Source of the DNA: a bacterium
GTDB taxonomy: Bacteria > RUG730
Length of the DNA stretch: 64,000 nucleotides
Direction of reading: 5' to 3'
Assembly: GCA_031551405.1 (NCBI GenBank)
Contig: JAVBNQ010000007.1
Coordinates: 1-64,000, forward strand
The notes beneath the pieces were generated by a model. It did not search any database. It was not told the origin of the DNA and saw only the letters and a list, made by a program, of their open reading frames with translations. Made by a program: the position numbers and the translations under genes. Of this stretch, positions 18,996-29,115 are shown one piece after another (position 1 is the stretch's first letter; every line of letters begins with the position of its first letter).

Positions 18996-19705
18996 TTGAT
19001 TTTCAAAAATTTGTGGATCTGCGGCAGGAATAAAACTTTGTCAAATTTCTTTAGCGCAAGAGCCAAAAATTCGTCAAAATTTTTCGAATAAATATTTTTT
19101 ATTTTAAAAATTGGCTGGAGGATTAGAGTGGTTTTTGGCGTTATTTTGTGAATTTCGTTTAAAAAAAATTTAAATTCTTCGATGGACAGTTTTTGATCGC
19201 AGATTATTTTTACGTAAAAAATTTTTCCGCTATTTTTTAAAATTTTCAGGAATTTTTTTTGATTTTTGAGCAAGTTTGCGTCCAAAATCCCATCTTTCAA
19301 ATATTTGTGAATCTTGAAATCCGCAGAAATTATATCGATATTTTCGATACAATTTTGCAATTGTTGTGGCAGTGACCCGTTAGTTTCAAGCATAATTTTT
19401 AGCTTCAATTTTTTTTTTGCTTCGTACGCAAAATTTTTTATAAATTCCGAATGAATCAGAGGTTCTCCGCCGGTTAAAACCAAAGTTTTGTGCAGCTTCC
19501 ATGGAAATTCGAGCTTTTCTTTTATCTTCAGAATTATTTCGTCTGCTGTAAGCAATTTATATTTTTTCTCATCTAAAATTGTGTCACAAAAATTACAAGC
19601 GAGGTTGCAGCCGAAAAATCTTACAAAAATTTGCCTTTCGCCAATAAGCAAACCTTCTCCTTGAATCGACGAAAAAATTTCAGAAACAGGCGCTTTTTTT
19701 GTCAT
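18992..19705 (-). CDS. queE: 7-carboxy-7-deazaguanine synthase
   Basis: EIFSSIQGEG, FVRFFGCNLACNFCDT, TGGEP, ETNG, PQIHK. Confidence 0.88.
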   Translation of the reverse strand: MTKKAPVSEIFSSIQGEGLLIGERQIFVRFFGCNLACNFCDTILDEKKYKLLTADEIILKIKEKLEFPWKLHKTLVLTGGEPLIHSEFIKNFAYEAKKKLKLKIMLETNGSLPQQLQNCIENIDIISADFKIHKYLKDGILDANLLKNQKKFLKILKNSGKIFYVKIICDQKLSIEEFKFFLNEIHKITPKTTLILQPIFKIKNIYSKNFDEFLALALKKFDKVLFLPQIHKFLKIK

Positions 19706-19765
19706 AATTTTACCGGTTTGATTTCAAGTTGTGAATAGAAAAACAAGACTTTAATTTTTTGCAAT

Positions 19766-20902
19766 TTAACAGCTCATATTTTTGATGATTTCAACGAAGA
19801 TATTTACGCCTATTTCTAACGCGTCTTCGTCAATATCAAATTTCGGACTATGCCAATCATAAATCGCGTTTTTTTTAGGATTTCCGACGCCAAGATAAAA
19901 ATAACAGCCCGGGATTTTTTCTAAATATTCCGAAAAATCTTCGCCGCCCATACAAGGCTCTGTCAGTAAAATTACGTTTTTTTTGCCCACAACTTTTTCG
20001 CTCGTTTTCTTGACTAAATTCACCAAATTTTTATCATTAATTAACGCATTTCCCATCTTCAAAATCTGAATATTGGATTTTATATCGTGAGCTTTCGCGT
20101 AATTTTCAACAATCGCCTGCATTTTGTTCATTATGATTTCTCTCGTTTCTTTGTCAAAAGTACGTATTGTGCCGAGAATTTCGCAATTTTTTGGAATTAT
20201 GTTGAAAGCAGTTCCTGAAACGATTTTACAAACGCTAAGAGTCGCGGGTTTCGCCGGATTTATGGATCTTGAAACAATGTAATTCAGGCTCTGCACAATG
20301 TCTGCAGCAGATAAAATCACGTCTTGAGTCAAGTGTGGCAGCCCGGCGTGTCCGCCTTTGCCGGACAGAGAAATTTTAAATTCATCGACAGCTGCCATCA
20401 TCTCGTCGTATTTTACACCAACTGTCCCAACTTTGAGGTCAGACTTCACGTGGAGACCAAAAATCGCTGTAGCATTATCTGTTAAAGCGCCATTTTTTAT
20501 CATGAAAGCTGCGCCGTTAATTCCTTCCTCGTTCGGTTGAAAAACAAACCGGACTTTTTTCGTCAATTTTTCCCGGAATTTCAAAGTTTCACGAATAGTT
20601 CCAAGCAAAATTGCGACGTGATTATCGTGACCGCAAGCATGCATTTTGCCTTTGATTTTCGAGGCGTAAACCTTGTTCGTTTCCTCTTCAACTGGCAAAG
20701 CGTCCATGTCTGCTCGAAAAATTATTGTTTCTTCCCCTGAACCGATTTCGCAAATCACACCTGTCTTTTTTTTCTCGAAATCGAGCTTGAACTTTTTGAG
20801 TTCGCTGATTATCAATTTTTGAGTCTCAAATTCCTCAAACCCGAGCTCCGGATTTTGATGAATCTGCCGTCTCAAATTTATCACATAATTTTTTAAATCC
20901 AC
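19766..20902 (-). CDS. M20 family amidohydrolase
   Basis: HQNPELGFEE, RADMDAL, MHACGHD, FQPNEE, GGEDF. Confidence 0.92.
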   Translation of the reverse strand: MDLKNYVINLRRQIHQNPELGFEEFETQKLIISELKKFKLDFEKKKTGVICEIGSGEETIIFRADMDALPVEEETNKVYASKIKGKMHACGHDNHVAILLGTIRETLKFREKLTKKVRFVFQPNEEGINGAAFMIKNGALTDNATAIFGLHVKSDLKVGTVGVKYDEMMAAVDEFKISLSGKGGHAGLPHLTQDVILSAADIVQSLNYIVSRSINPAKPATLSVCKIVSGTAFNIIPKNCEILGTIRTFDKETREIIMNKMQAIVENYAKAHDIKSNIQILKMGNALINDKNLVNLVKKTSEKVVGKKNVILLTEPCMGGEDFSEYLEKIPGCYFYLGVGNPKKNAIYDWHSPKFDIDEDALEIGVNIFVEIIKNMSC

Positions 20903-20912
20903 GGTTTGCCTC

Positions 20913-22007
20913 TCATCTTTTTAATTTTGAGATTAAAAATATACTCGCGCTTAAAAATAAAAAATTCGTAAACCAGGCTGCAATCAATGGTGGTAAAATT
21001 TTGTTGGCTCCGAGACTGATAAAAACTGACGTGATTCCCCAATACGTGAAGCTGACGACGATGCTTACTGCGAAACTTATGACTTTACTGGTTTTGATCG
21101 TCGAAGCCGCAAACGCGATTCCTATCAAAATCACGATAAGATTCACAAATGGGAAAGCGAGCTTGTGGTACATTTCGGTGATTTCGCGGTCTGCCGGGAT
21201 AGAATTTTTTTTGAGTTTTACGATGGTTTTTTTCAGTTCGCGGCGAGTCATCAAATTCGTTTCTATTTCGTCGATCATAAAATTTTCCGGCGGCTCGTCT
21301 AAATTTATAATTTTTTCGTCAAAAATTTCTTCCTTTACGATTTGGCTCATTCCGTTATCAAAAGTCCGTCTTACGCCATTTTGAAATTTCCATGTTCCGC
21401 CTTTTACCCAAACTGCGTTTTTTGCATAAATTTGTTCTTTCAGAAAAACATTTTCTTTTTCTTCAAAAATATCGATATTTAAATTGTGTAAAGTTTTGGT
21501 TTTTGCGTCGAAAGATTGAATAATATATTTTGCGTTATTTTTCCCCAAATAATTTATGTTTTCAAAAAAATCTTTTTTGTAGTTTTCGTTCCCTCGAATT
21601 TTGACGCTATAAAGTTCGTTTGCGAGTTTGTTGGATTTTGGAGTAATTGTCTCACTTGCAAAAAGCGTGAAAAAACTTACGCCTAAAGCAAACAAAATAA
21701 TCGGAAAAAATATTCGATTTAAATTTATTCCACCGGCTTTTATGGCTGTGACTTCATTGAAATTCGCTAAATTTCCGAACGAGAACAAAAAGCCAAGAAG
21801 CATAGAAATTGGAAGAATTTGCGTGAGCCAGATTGGAGTTTGGTAGATTAAATAAAGCGGCAAAAAATATAGAGCATTTTCCGGTTTTTGAGAGATGTTA
21901 ATAATTCTAAAAGATTCTGACAAAAAAAATAATGTCAAAAAAATAAATAAACTTGAAGCAAATGGCTTAAAAAATTCTTTCAAAATGTGTTTAGTTAAAA
22001 TTTTCAT
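20913..22007 (-). CDS. LptF/LptG-family LPS export permease
   Basis: 3 TM + periplasmic domain + 3 TM; NEVTAIKAGG; LPPLIAAWFTN. Confidence 0.88.
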   Translation of the reverse strand: MKILTKHILKEFFKPFASSLFIFLTLFFLSESFRIINISQKPENALYFLPLYLIYQTPIWLTQILPISMLLGFLFSFGNLANFNEVTAIKAGGINLNRIFFPIILFALGVSFFTLFASETITPKSNKLANELYSVKIRGNENYKKDFFENINYLGKNNAKYIIQSFDAKTKTLHNLNIDIFEEKENVFLKEQIYAKNAVWVKGGTWKFQNGVRRTFDNGMSQIVKEEIFDEKIINLDEPPENFMIDEIETNLMTRRELKKTIVKLKKNSIPADREITEMYHKLAFPFVNLIVILIGIAFAASTIKTSKVISFAVSIVVSFTYWGITSVFISLGANKILPPLIAAWFTNFLFLSASIFLISKLKR

Positions 22008-22031
22008 TCTTTTTAAAATTTAGTAAATTTT

Positions 22032-23018
22032 TCAATTGGAATGTAAGTCATGCAGATAGTTTAGAAGTTCGTTTTGATTGGTCGTAGCTGTGCCGATTTT
22101 GCCGACGACAATCCCCGCTGCGAAATTTGCGATATTTGCGCTGTCGATCAGGCTTAGACCGTTTGCGAGGCATACCGCCAAAACGCTAATCACAGTATCT
22201 CCGGCTCCGGTTACGTCAAAAACTTCTTTTGCTACAGTTGGAATATGCGTTATTTTGTCTTTTTCGAACAAACTCATGCCTTCTTCTCCTCGAGTGATAA
22301 GTATAGATTTAGCGTTCAAGAGCTCCAAAATATCTGTTCCAAGCTGCTCGATCTCAGCATTTCCTCTTACTTTCATTCGGTTCATTCCTTGACGAGCTTC
22401 TAAAAAATTTGGTGTCATACACGTGATATTTTTGTATTTTTTAAAATTCTCGATTTTCGGATCAACTAAAACGGGAATATTTTTTTGATTGCAAAGTTCG
22501 ATCGTAAACTCTAAAATCTCCTCTGAAATCAAGCCTTTCCCATAATCCGAAATTATGCAAATTTTCGAAATTTCTAGTTTTTCTGTAATTTGATCTTTGA
22601 GTTTTACTATCTCGTATATTGCCAAATCTTTTTTGCTTTCTCTGTCGACTCGTACAACTTGCTGGCTATTTCCGATCACTCTGGTTTTTGTAATCGTTGG
22701 CAGTTCTGCAGATTTCAAAACACTTGAAATATCTACGTTTTGAGATTCTAGTTCTTTTGTCAAAAATGCGCCAAAAAGATCGCTGCCGATATTTCCGACC
22801 AAGTAGCTTTGCGAGCCAAATGCAGAAATATTACAAGCTACATTCCCGGCTCCGCCCGGCATGAGAGTTTCTTTCGTGACTTCGACAACCGGGACAGGCG
22901 CTTCAGGAGAAATCCTAGTCACGTTTCCCCAAATAAATCTATCGAGCATCAAATCCCCAATCACCAAAATTGCAACTTTTTGTAAATTTCTAACTAATTC
23001 CGAATAATATGTCAGCAT
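22032..23018 (-). CDS. rfaE1: D-glycero-beta-D-manno-heptose-7-phosphate kinase (stand-alone RfaE domain I)
   Basis: GDLMLD, RISPEAPVPV, PGGAGNVA, SDYGKG, DVTGAGDT. Confidence 0.92.
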   Translation of the reverse strand: MLTYYSELVRNLQKVAILVIGDLMLDRFIWGNVTRISPEAPVPVVEVTKETLMPGGAGNVACNISAFGSQSYLVGNIGSDLFGAFLTKELESQNVDISSVLKSAELPTITKTRVIGNSQQVVRVDRESKKDLAIYEIVKLKDQITEKLEISKICIISDYGKGLISEEILEFTIELCNQKNIPVLVDPKIENFKKYKNITCMTPNFLEARQGMNRMKVRGNAEIEQLGTDILELLNAKSILITRGEEGMSLFEKDKITHIPTVAKEVFDVTGAGDTVISVLAVCLANGLSLIDSANIANFAAGIVVGKIGTATTNQNELLNYLHDLHSN

Positions 23019-23036
23019 TTTTTGTCCTTTTTCACG

Positions 23037-24191
23037 TTAAAATTTTTTTGAAGCGACTGCTTTAAAATTCCGTTTTGTTTCCAAAATATTGTCTCCACCG
23101 AATTTGTCGAGGTAAAATTCTGATAATTTTATGCAAGCCATTGCTTCAGCTACAACAACTGCCGATGGAGCCACTGCTACGTCTGAACGAACTATCTCAG
23201 CTTTCGCGCTTTTTTTCGTTAAAAAATCGACGGATTTTAGCGGTTTGTATAAAGTCGGGATAGGTTTCAAACCTATAGTTAATTTTATCGTTTCGCCGTT
23301 GCTAATTCCGCCTTCAATTCCGCCAGCATTATTCGTCTTACGTGAAAATTTTCCGTCTGAGAAAATAATTTCATCATGAGCGTTTTTCCCGGATACGTGA
23401 CTTATATTTTCGTCTCCAATCAAGACCTCTTTGACTGACGGAATTCCCATCATTACCTGAGCCAAAGCGGCGTCGAGCCTTCTGTCGTATTCAATGTGGC
23501 TCCCGATTCCGGGCACAACGCCAAAAATATTAACACAAACCTTTCCACCAAGCGTGTCCCCGGCTTTTTTCGTTATGTCGATTAATTGTACCATTTCCTT
23601 TGATTTGGCTGCATCAGGACATCGTACGTCTGAGCTTTCAATTTTTTTCCTAAAAGTTTTTATGTCAGAAATTTTTGCTGAGTTTATCTCAATATCCCCG
23701 ATTGACTTAACGTACCCACAAACCTCGACTCCAAACTCTTCAAGAAATTTTTTACAGATGCTTCCAACAGCGACGAGAGTAGCGGTATTTCTAGCGCTTG
23801 CTCTTTCCAAAATCGGCTTTGCGTCTGAAAATCCGTATTTCAGCATTCCTGGCAAATCCGCGTGCCCCGGACGAGGACAAGTTATGGCTGGACTAGAATT
23901 CGCGTCTTTTGGCGAAATCGACATTTCTTTTGGTCTATTTTTCCAATCTTTGTTTTCTATCAAAAGCCCGATTGGAGCGCCCGTGGTTTGTCCCCATCTG
24001 ACGCCTGCGATAAATTGAACTGTGTCAGTTTCGATTTTTGTAGAACGCTCGCCACGACCATAGCCTTTTTGTCTGCGGCATAAATCAAGGTTTATATCGT
24101 CCTCGAGTAAAGCTAAGCCTGCCGGGATCCCTTCGATGATCGCAGCCAGCATTTTTCCATGCGATTCTCCGCAAGTCAAAAATCTAAACAC
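23037..24191 (-). CDS. aroC: Chorismate synthase
   Basis: TCGESHG, RRQKGYGRG, PRPGHAD, ERASAR, GGIEGGISNG, RSD. Confidence 0.96.
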   Translation of the reverse strand: MFRFLTCGESHGKMLAAIIEGIPAGLALLEDDINLDLCRRQKGYGRGERSTKIETDTVQFIAGVRWGQTTGAPIGLLIENKDWKNRPKEMSISPKDANSSPAITCPRPGHADLPGMLKYGFSDAKPILERASARNTATLVAVGSICKKFLEEFGVEVCGYVKSIGDIEINSAKISDIKTFRKKIESSDVRCPDAAKSKEMVQLIDITKKAGDTLGGKVCVNIFGVVPGIGSHIEYDRRLDAALAQVMMGIPSVKEVLIGDENISHVSGKNAHDEIIFSDGKFSRKTNNAGGIEGGISNGETIKLTIGLKPIPTLYKPLKSVDFLTKKSAKAEIVRSDVAVAPSAVVVAEAMACIKLSEFYLDKFGGDNILETKRNFKAVASKKF

Positions 24192-24220
24192 AGTGGTTTT
24201 CTCCTATTTTTTTGTAAAAA

Positions 24221-24979
24221 TTAAACTGCTATTTCTAGAATTACTTTTGAGTTTTTTTTGAGAACTTCGTCAACTTCTGGGTTTTGTTTTACAACTGTAT
24301 TTTTTGGGACATCAGACGAGGCAGAAACCTCGTTAATAACAAAATTAATCTCATTCTGCGTTAGTAAAGCCGTCGATTCATCTAGAGTCATATTCAAAAT
24401 TAGAGGCATAAGCTTTATATTGTCAGGCGGGGATCCTTTAGAAATTTTTAGATTTACCATGCTGTCTTTTATGACGAGGGAGTTTGCGGCGGGTTTTTGT
24501 TGCATTATTCTGCCAGAAGCCATTATCAGGGAGTATGCGTATTCTTCCTGTCCTACGACAAGGGCACTGTTCTTTATGGTGAGCTCAGCTATTCTCTGAG
24601 GCATTGAAATTAGAAGCGGGACTTCAACTTTGTTCCCGCCTCTACTTATTATTAGTTTTATGACTCGACCTTGACGAACGATTGTATCTTTGATAGGCAA
24701 TTGAGAAATTACACAACCGGAAGCAATTTTTATGTCGTAAATTTCAGATTCTATGACATAATTTAATTTGATTTTTTTTAAAATTTCATCAACTTTGTCA
24801 ATGGGTAAGGTAATCAAGTCAGGAACATTAACTTCTTTATTTTTATGTACTATTTTTTCGGTAATCTTATCTGCAAAAAACAGAAGTACAAAAAAACAAA
24901 TGATGGAGGCAACGAAAATTAATACAAAATTTCTTTTTATTTTGATTTTCTGGAGTAGGAATTGAAATATCTGATACAA
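24221..24979 (-). CDS. Membrane protein with three PASTA domains
   Basis: N-terminal TM; repeated VPDL/VPLL/MPLI...VxxQxP motifs. Confidence 0.85.
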   Translation of the reverse strand: MYQIFQFLLQKIKIKRNFVLIFVASIICFFVLLFFADKITEKIVHKNKEVNVPDLITLPIDKVDEILKKIKLNYVIESEIYDIKIASGCVISQLPIKDTIVRQGRVIKLIISRGGNKVEVPLLISMPQRIAELTIKNSALVVGQEEYAYSLIMASGRIMQQKPAANSLVIKDSMVNLKISKGSPPDNIKLMPLILNMTLDESTALLTQNEINFVINEVSASSDVPKNTVVKQNPEVDEVLKKNSKVILEIAV

Positions 24980-25003
24980 ATTAAATCTCGCTTTTGTAAA
25001 AAA

Positions 25004-25450
25004 TTAATGTTCTTTTACCACCCAAACTTTTAGTCTAGCTTTGACGTCGTGATGCAATTTTACGTCTATCGTATAAACCCCGAGGCTTTTCAAAACATCG
25101 TCTAACAAAATGTCTTTTTTGTTGATCTCAAACCCTTTGTTTTTTAAAGTTTTTGCGACGTCAGCGCTGGTGACAGACCCGAATAATTTATCGTCATCTC
25201 CGACTTTTACAGAAATATTTAGCTCGAGCTTGTTTAGTTTTTTCGCTAATTCTTCAGCTTCTTTAATTTGTTTTTTCTCAAATTTTTCTTCCTCGAGCTT
25301 TTTTGCGTTATAAATTTTCATATTTGTATCGTTTGCTTCGAGCGCAAGACTATTTTTGAACAAAAAATTTCTAGCAAAACCAGATTTTACGTCTTTTATC
25401 TCTCCGTTTTTACCAAGATTAGCGACATCTTTTAATAGAATTACTTTCAT
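25004..25450 (-). CDS. rplI: 50S ribosomal protein L9
   Basis: [23 protein letters not shown]. Confidence 0.97.
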   Translation of the reverse strand: MKVILLKDVANLGKNGEIKDVKSGFARNFLFKNSLALEANDTNMKIYNAKKLEEEKFEKKQIKEAEELAKKLNKLELNISVKVGDDDKLFGSVTSADVAKTLKNKGFEINKKDILLDDVLKSLGVYTIDVKLHHDVKARLKVWVVKEH

Positions 25451-25477
25451 AAATGCGCTCCTTATTATCGTGAAAAG

Positions 25478-25882
25478 CTAATTAGTATTTTGAGGGTCGG
25501 TAACTTCCGTGCTTTGAGTTTGCTGTGGTTGAGTCTGTTGCGTTTGAGCTTGAGAGTAATATCTAGGTGGTCTTGCCGGTCTTAATTTATATTTTACCGT
25601 CGTATAAGGGAGCAGCGCAAGATTTCTTAGAACTTTTATTGCAGTGCTGATTTGTCGTTGATGTTTGGCGCACGCTCCTGTGATTTTCCCAGGAATGATT
25701 TTGCCTCTATCTGTAGTATATTGCTCGAGTTGATCAACCTTTTTGTAATCAATCCAAACTACTCCTTCGCTACAAAATTTGCAATATTTTTTCTTAAATG
25801 GCTTGAATCTTCTATTTTGCTGTGAATTATTTGAATTATTACTATAAGTTTTTTTTGGTTTATTGTCCCTTGTGTTTTCCAC
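25478..25882 (-). CDS. rpsR: 30S ribosomal protein S18 with N- and C-terminal low-complexity extensions
   Basis: [29 protein letters not shown]; position in the rpsF-ssb-rpsR-rplI order. Confidence 0.93.
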   Translation of the reverse strand: MENTRDNKPKKTYSNNSNNSQQNRRFKPFKKKYCKFCSEGVVWIDYKKVDQLEQYTTDRGKIIPGKITGACAKHQRQISTAIKVLRNLALLPYTTVKYKLRPARPPRYYSQAQTQQTQPQQTQSTEVTDPQNTN

Positions 25883-25968
25883 GGGAATCCTCCGAATTTT
25901 GTGAATTGAAAAAATTGATCTCGATGAACCATTATTGGTAAATTTTAATCATCGAGCATTGTATAAAT

Positions 25969-26451
25969 TTAAAATGGGATTTCGTCATCTAGAGATTCGA
26001 TGCTTCCTTCTACATCCCAGGCTTTATCATCAGATTTTGAAGTCGATGAAGATGCTGGATGCGATTGGTTGCCCGGTATTCCGCTTTTGTCTTGATTTTC
26101 TAATCTCGTCAAAAACTGCAGCCTGTCTGCTATAATTTCTATCGTGCTTCTTTTTTCGCCTTGTTTTGTCTCCCAATTTCTGCTTTGAAGTCTGCCTTCG
26201 ACGTATACAGCGCTTCCTTTTTTTAATCTGTCAGCTGCTACTTCTGCTTGCTTTCCCCACACAACGATCGAAAGAAACGACGTGATTTCTTTCCATTCGC
26301 CGGTTTGGCTATCTTTGAAATTTCTATTTGTCGCTATCGAAAAAGTGCAGACCGCCTGGTTCGCTGGTGTAAATCTCAACTCTAAATCTTTTGTAACTCT
26401 TCCAACGACAATAGCTTTGTTTAATTCTGGAATGCGTAGAATTTCTGACAT
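25969..26451 (-). CDS. ssb: Single-stranded DNA-binding protein
   Basis: LNKAIVVGRV, VEGRLQSR, acidic tip DDEIPF. Confidence 0.96.
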   Translation of the reverse strand: MSEILRIPELNKAIVVGRVTKDLELRFTPANQAVCTFSIATNRNFKDSQTGEWKEITSFLSIVVWGKQAEVAADRLKKGSAVYVEGRLQSRNWETKQGEKRSTIEIIADRLQFLTRLENQDKSGIPGNQSHPASSSTSKSDDKAWDVEGSIESLDDEIPF

Positions 26452-26462
26452 TTTTACCTCGC

Positions 26463-26831
26463 TTAAGCTTCTGTTTTTTCAGTTTTATTTTCGTAAGAAT
26501 CTTGCGTTTTAGGTTTTCTGACTTTTTTGCGACGTTTTGAAAAATCGCATTCGATTTTCATAATGTTGTATCGCAAAAAATTTTCATTTAGACGCATCAG
26601 CTCTCTAAGCTCAAGAATAAATTTTGGCAAAACTTTAAATTTGCAAAAATAAAAATTAGCTTCGAAATAATTGTCGATAGGATACGCCAGTTTTTTCTGC
26701 CCCCAATCGTCAAATGAATCAATTTCGCCTTTATTGTCAGAAATAAAAGATTTAATTTTTGTATTTAAATCTTCAATTAATTCCTTTGACAGATCCGGCT
26801 TGTACGAAAAAATTAACTCGTAAAGGTTCAT
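26463..26831 (-). CDS. rpsF: 30S ribosomal protein S6
   Basis: YELIF, WGQKKLAYPI, LRY. Confidence 0.94.
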   Translation of the reverse strand: MNLYELIFSYKPDLSKELIEDLNTKIKSFISDNKGEIDSFDDWGQKKLAYPIDNYFEANFYFCKFKVLPKFILELRELMRLNENFLRYNIMKIECDFSKRRKKVRKPKTQDSYENKTEKTEA

Positions 26832-26833
26832 AA

Positions 26834-26877
26834 ATTCCTCCTTTTTGGACTATTCGGCTCTTGATAGAGCAAAGGTT
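26834..26877 (-). promoter_or_regulatory. S6:S18 ribosomal protein leader (autoregulatory RNA)
   Basis: Minus strand reads ACCTTTGCTCTATCAAGAGCCGAATAGTCCAAAAAGGAGG: anti-SD CCTTT, a GCTC/GAGC stem and an unpaired CC directly 5' of rpsF, matching the known S6:S18 motif architecture. Confidence 0.75.
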
Positions 26878-26889
26878 TAAAAGTTGTTC

Positions 26890-26918
26890 ATTATATTAAA
26901 AAATTTTTTTTTTAGCAA
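26890..26918 (-). promoter_or_regulatory. Sigma70-type promoter of the rpsF operon
   Basis: Minus strand TTGCTA-N17-TATAAT immediately upstream of the leader. Confidence 0.6.
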
Positions 26919-27094
26919 ACTATAAAAATGTCTGTTCAAAGCTGTGATAGCAGCTACTTCGTGAATAAGTTTTTTAGAAGAAAAATTTCGAAGATTTACA
27001 GGTTCTGGGAGGTTTAGTGCTGACTTATGGTAAAAATTGACAATTTCAGCAGAAAATTTTTGAAAAAAGATTATAGTTTAATAAAAATTTATTT

Positions 27095-29107
27095 TTAGGA
27101 TTTAAAAAGTTTGTTGAGAAGATTCGTTAAAGAAATTTGATAGCGCGGGTTTTTGAAATCGCCAAAAATCGTCAAAATATTTGGGGAATCGCCGTCAGAA
27201 AAATTTAGCGCTACATCAATAAATTTTTTACGAAAATTTAGATTCCCGGACGCTTTTATGAAAAACGATTCGCCGAGCAATTTTACATTGTTTAAATTTA
27301 AAATTTCATTTTTAAAAATAGTTTTTAACTCGAATGTTTTAAACTTTATTTTTTCCGATTTTTTGAAAGTTTTAATGAAGTCATCGATTTCATTATTGAA
27401 CTGCAGATTTCCGTCCGACAAAACAAGATTTGTTTCAAGTTTTTGCATTTTTTTATTTTTTATTTCGAGCTTTGCGTTTCCGTTGGTTTTGCCAGATAAG
27501 ATAAATTTATAGTCGAGATTTTTCTGCAAAAATAAATTCATATTTTCAAATTCGGAATTTTGAAAAAAAAAGTTTATATCGAGTGAAAAGTCATTTGGGT
27601 TTTTTGAGCGAAAAAAATTGGTCAAGTCCGAACTCAAATTCACATCTAATTTTCCGTTTTCGAAATTTCCGGTACTTTTTGCGTTCAATTTTGCATTCTT
27701 CAACTCGAAATTTAAATTCAAGTTTTTATATTTCAAGTTTTCGTAAGTAAGTTCGTTGATTTCAATATTTGTTTCATTGCGTAAGAAAGTTGTTTCAGTC
27801 GTGAAATTTGCGAAAATCAAGCCAAAAACATAAAGCGAAAAATTTTTTGTATTTTCGTTTTTATCAGGAAAACTTGTTAAATTTAAATTAGGAATCAAAG
27901 CGTTAAAATAATTTTTTTGTTTTTTGTCAGTCGATACAAAACAATTCAGAAAAGTTTTTTTTGTATTTTTACCGTCGACAAATTTCATATTTTCGATTTT
28001 TAATGCATCTTTATCGTAAATAATTTTCCCGTTTAAATTTTTCACTGACGAATTCTCAAAAATTTCTCCTGCGCAGTCCTCAAAATCTATCGTAAGTTTA
28101 GTATTTTTTTTGTTGTTATTCTTTGAATTTTCAGCATAAAAATTTATTTTCCCGGATAAATTTGAGTCCAGTTTTTTCCCAAAAAAAATGTTTAAACTCG
28201 AGAGCTCAATTTTTTCCTTAGAATTTTTCAGCTTAAAATCATACGAATTATTTTTGAAATCATAAAATCCATTCAAAAATAACAGATTTTCCCTCGCGAA
28301 TTTTTTGTTCAAAAAAAATTTTACGTTTTCAAAAAGTAGAGTTTTGTGTTCAAGATCAAACGAAATATTATTTTTTAAAGAAATTTGCAGATTATTTTTT
28401 TCATCGGAAATTGTTAAATTTTCTACAAAAACGTTTTTTTTGAAAATATCGATTTTTGCATTGATTTCAAAATTTAAAACTTGGGTCGAATTTATATCGA
28501 GAAATTTTGAGAGAATACTAGATTTTTGTAAAAAATCATTTTTTGCATCCACAGAAAACGCTAAATTCATGTCCGCAATTTTTCCAGCTTTTTTTTTCTG
28601 AGCAAAAAGACTCAAATTTTCTATCGAGATTTTTGAATTACCAATATCTAAAATGAATGCAGAATCTTCGATTTTTAATGACGAGATCGAGATTAAACTC
28701 GCAAATTTAAAATCCTCAAGAATTACGAAATTTATTTCAGAATACGGTTTTAGTTTTTTTATCTCGATTTTTTTTGGGGCTATAGACGGAAAAAATTTGA
28801 ACAAAAAGTTCGTTTTTATGTCTAAATTTTGCATAAAAAAAAGTTTTGAATTTTTTTGTAATGAGAATTCTGATGGATTTGGTTTTTTGATTATGTCGAT
28901 GGAAGTCATAGAAAAGCCGGTTTGCGTTGTTTGAAAGGTTTTTGAGCGCAAAATCGTTTTGTTTCCGAGTACTGCGCCAATATAATTTTCAAAATCTTGC
29001 TCAGAAAATTTTAATATTTTGTGTTTGAGAGCGAGAAATATTGTGAAAATTAAAAACAAAAAAATTAAAAAAACGTAAATTTTATTCAAATTTGTTAGGC
29101 TTCGCAT
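27095..29107 (-). CDS. AsmA-like (beta-taco) protein, highly divergent and K/N/F-rich
   Basis: N-terminal TM anchor; alternating beta-strand pattern; AsmA-like C-terminus (IKASGNLNF...IFGDFKNPRY). Confidence 0.65.
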   Translation of the reverse strand: MRSLTNLNKIYVFLIFLFLIFTIFLALKHKILKFSEQDFENYIGAVLGNKTILRSKTFQTTQTGFSMTSIDIIKKPNPSEFSLQKNSKLFFMQNLDIKTNFLFKFFPSIAPKKIEIKKLKPYSEINFVILEDFKFASLISISSLKIEDSAFILDIGNSKISIENLSLFAQKKKAGKIADMNLAFSVDAKNDFLQKSSILSKFLDINSTQVLNFEINAKIDIFKKNVFVENLTISDEKNNLQISLKNNISFDLEHKTLLFENVKFFLNKKFARENLLFLNGFYDFKNNSYDFKLKNSKEKIELSSLNIFFGKKLDSNLSGKINFYAENSKNNNKKNTKLTIDFEDCAGEIFENSSVKNLNGKIIYDKDALKIENMKFVDGKNTKKTFLNCFVSTDKKQKNYFNALIPNLNLTSFPDKNENTKNFSLYVFGLIFANFTTETTFLRNETNIEINELTYENLKYKNLNLNFELKNAKLNAKSTGNFENGKLDVNLSSDLTNFFRSKNPNDFSLDINFFFQNSEFENMNLFLQKNLDYKFILSGKTNGNAKLEIKNKKMQKLETNLVLSDGNLQFNNEIDDFIKTFKKSEKIKFKTFELKTIFKNEILNLNNVKLLGESFFIKASGNLNFRKKFIDVALNFSDGDSPNILTIFGDFKNPRYQISLTNLLNKLFKS

Positions 29108-29115
29108 TGCAAATT

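Noticed and set aside
18992-19705. queE as part of a 7-deazaguanine DNA-modification (dpd) island
   Set aside because: No dpdA/tgt-like, queC/queD or restriction genes adjacent; ordinary queuosine pathway is more likely
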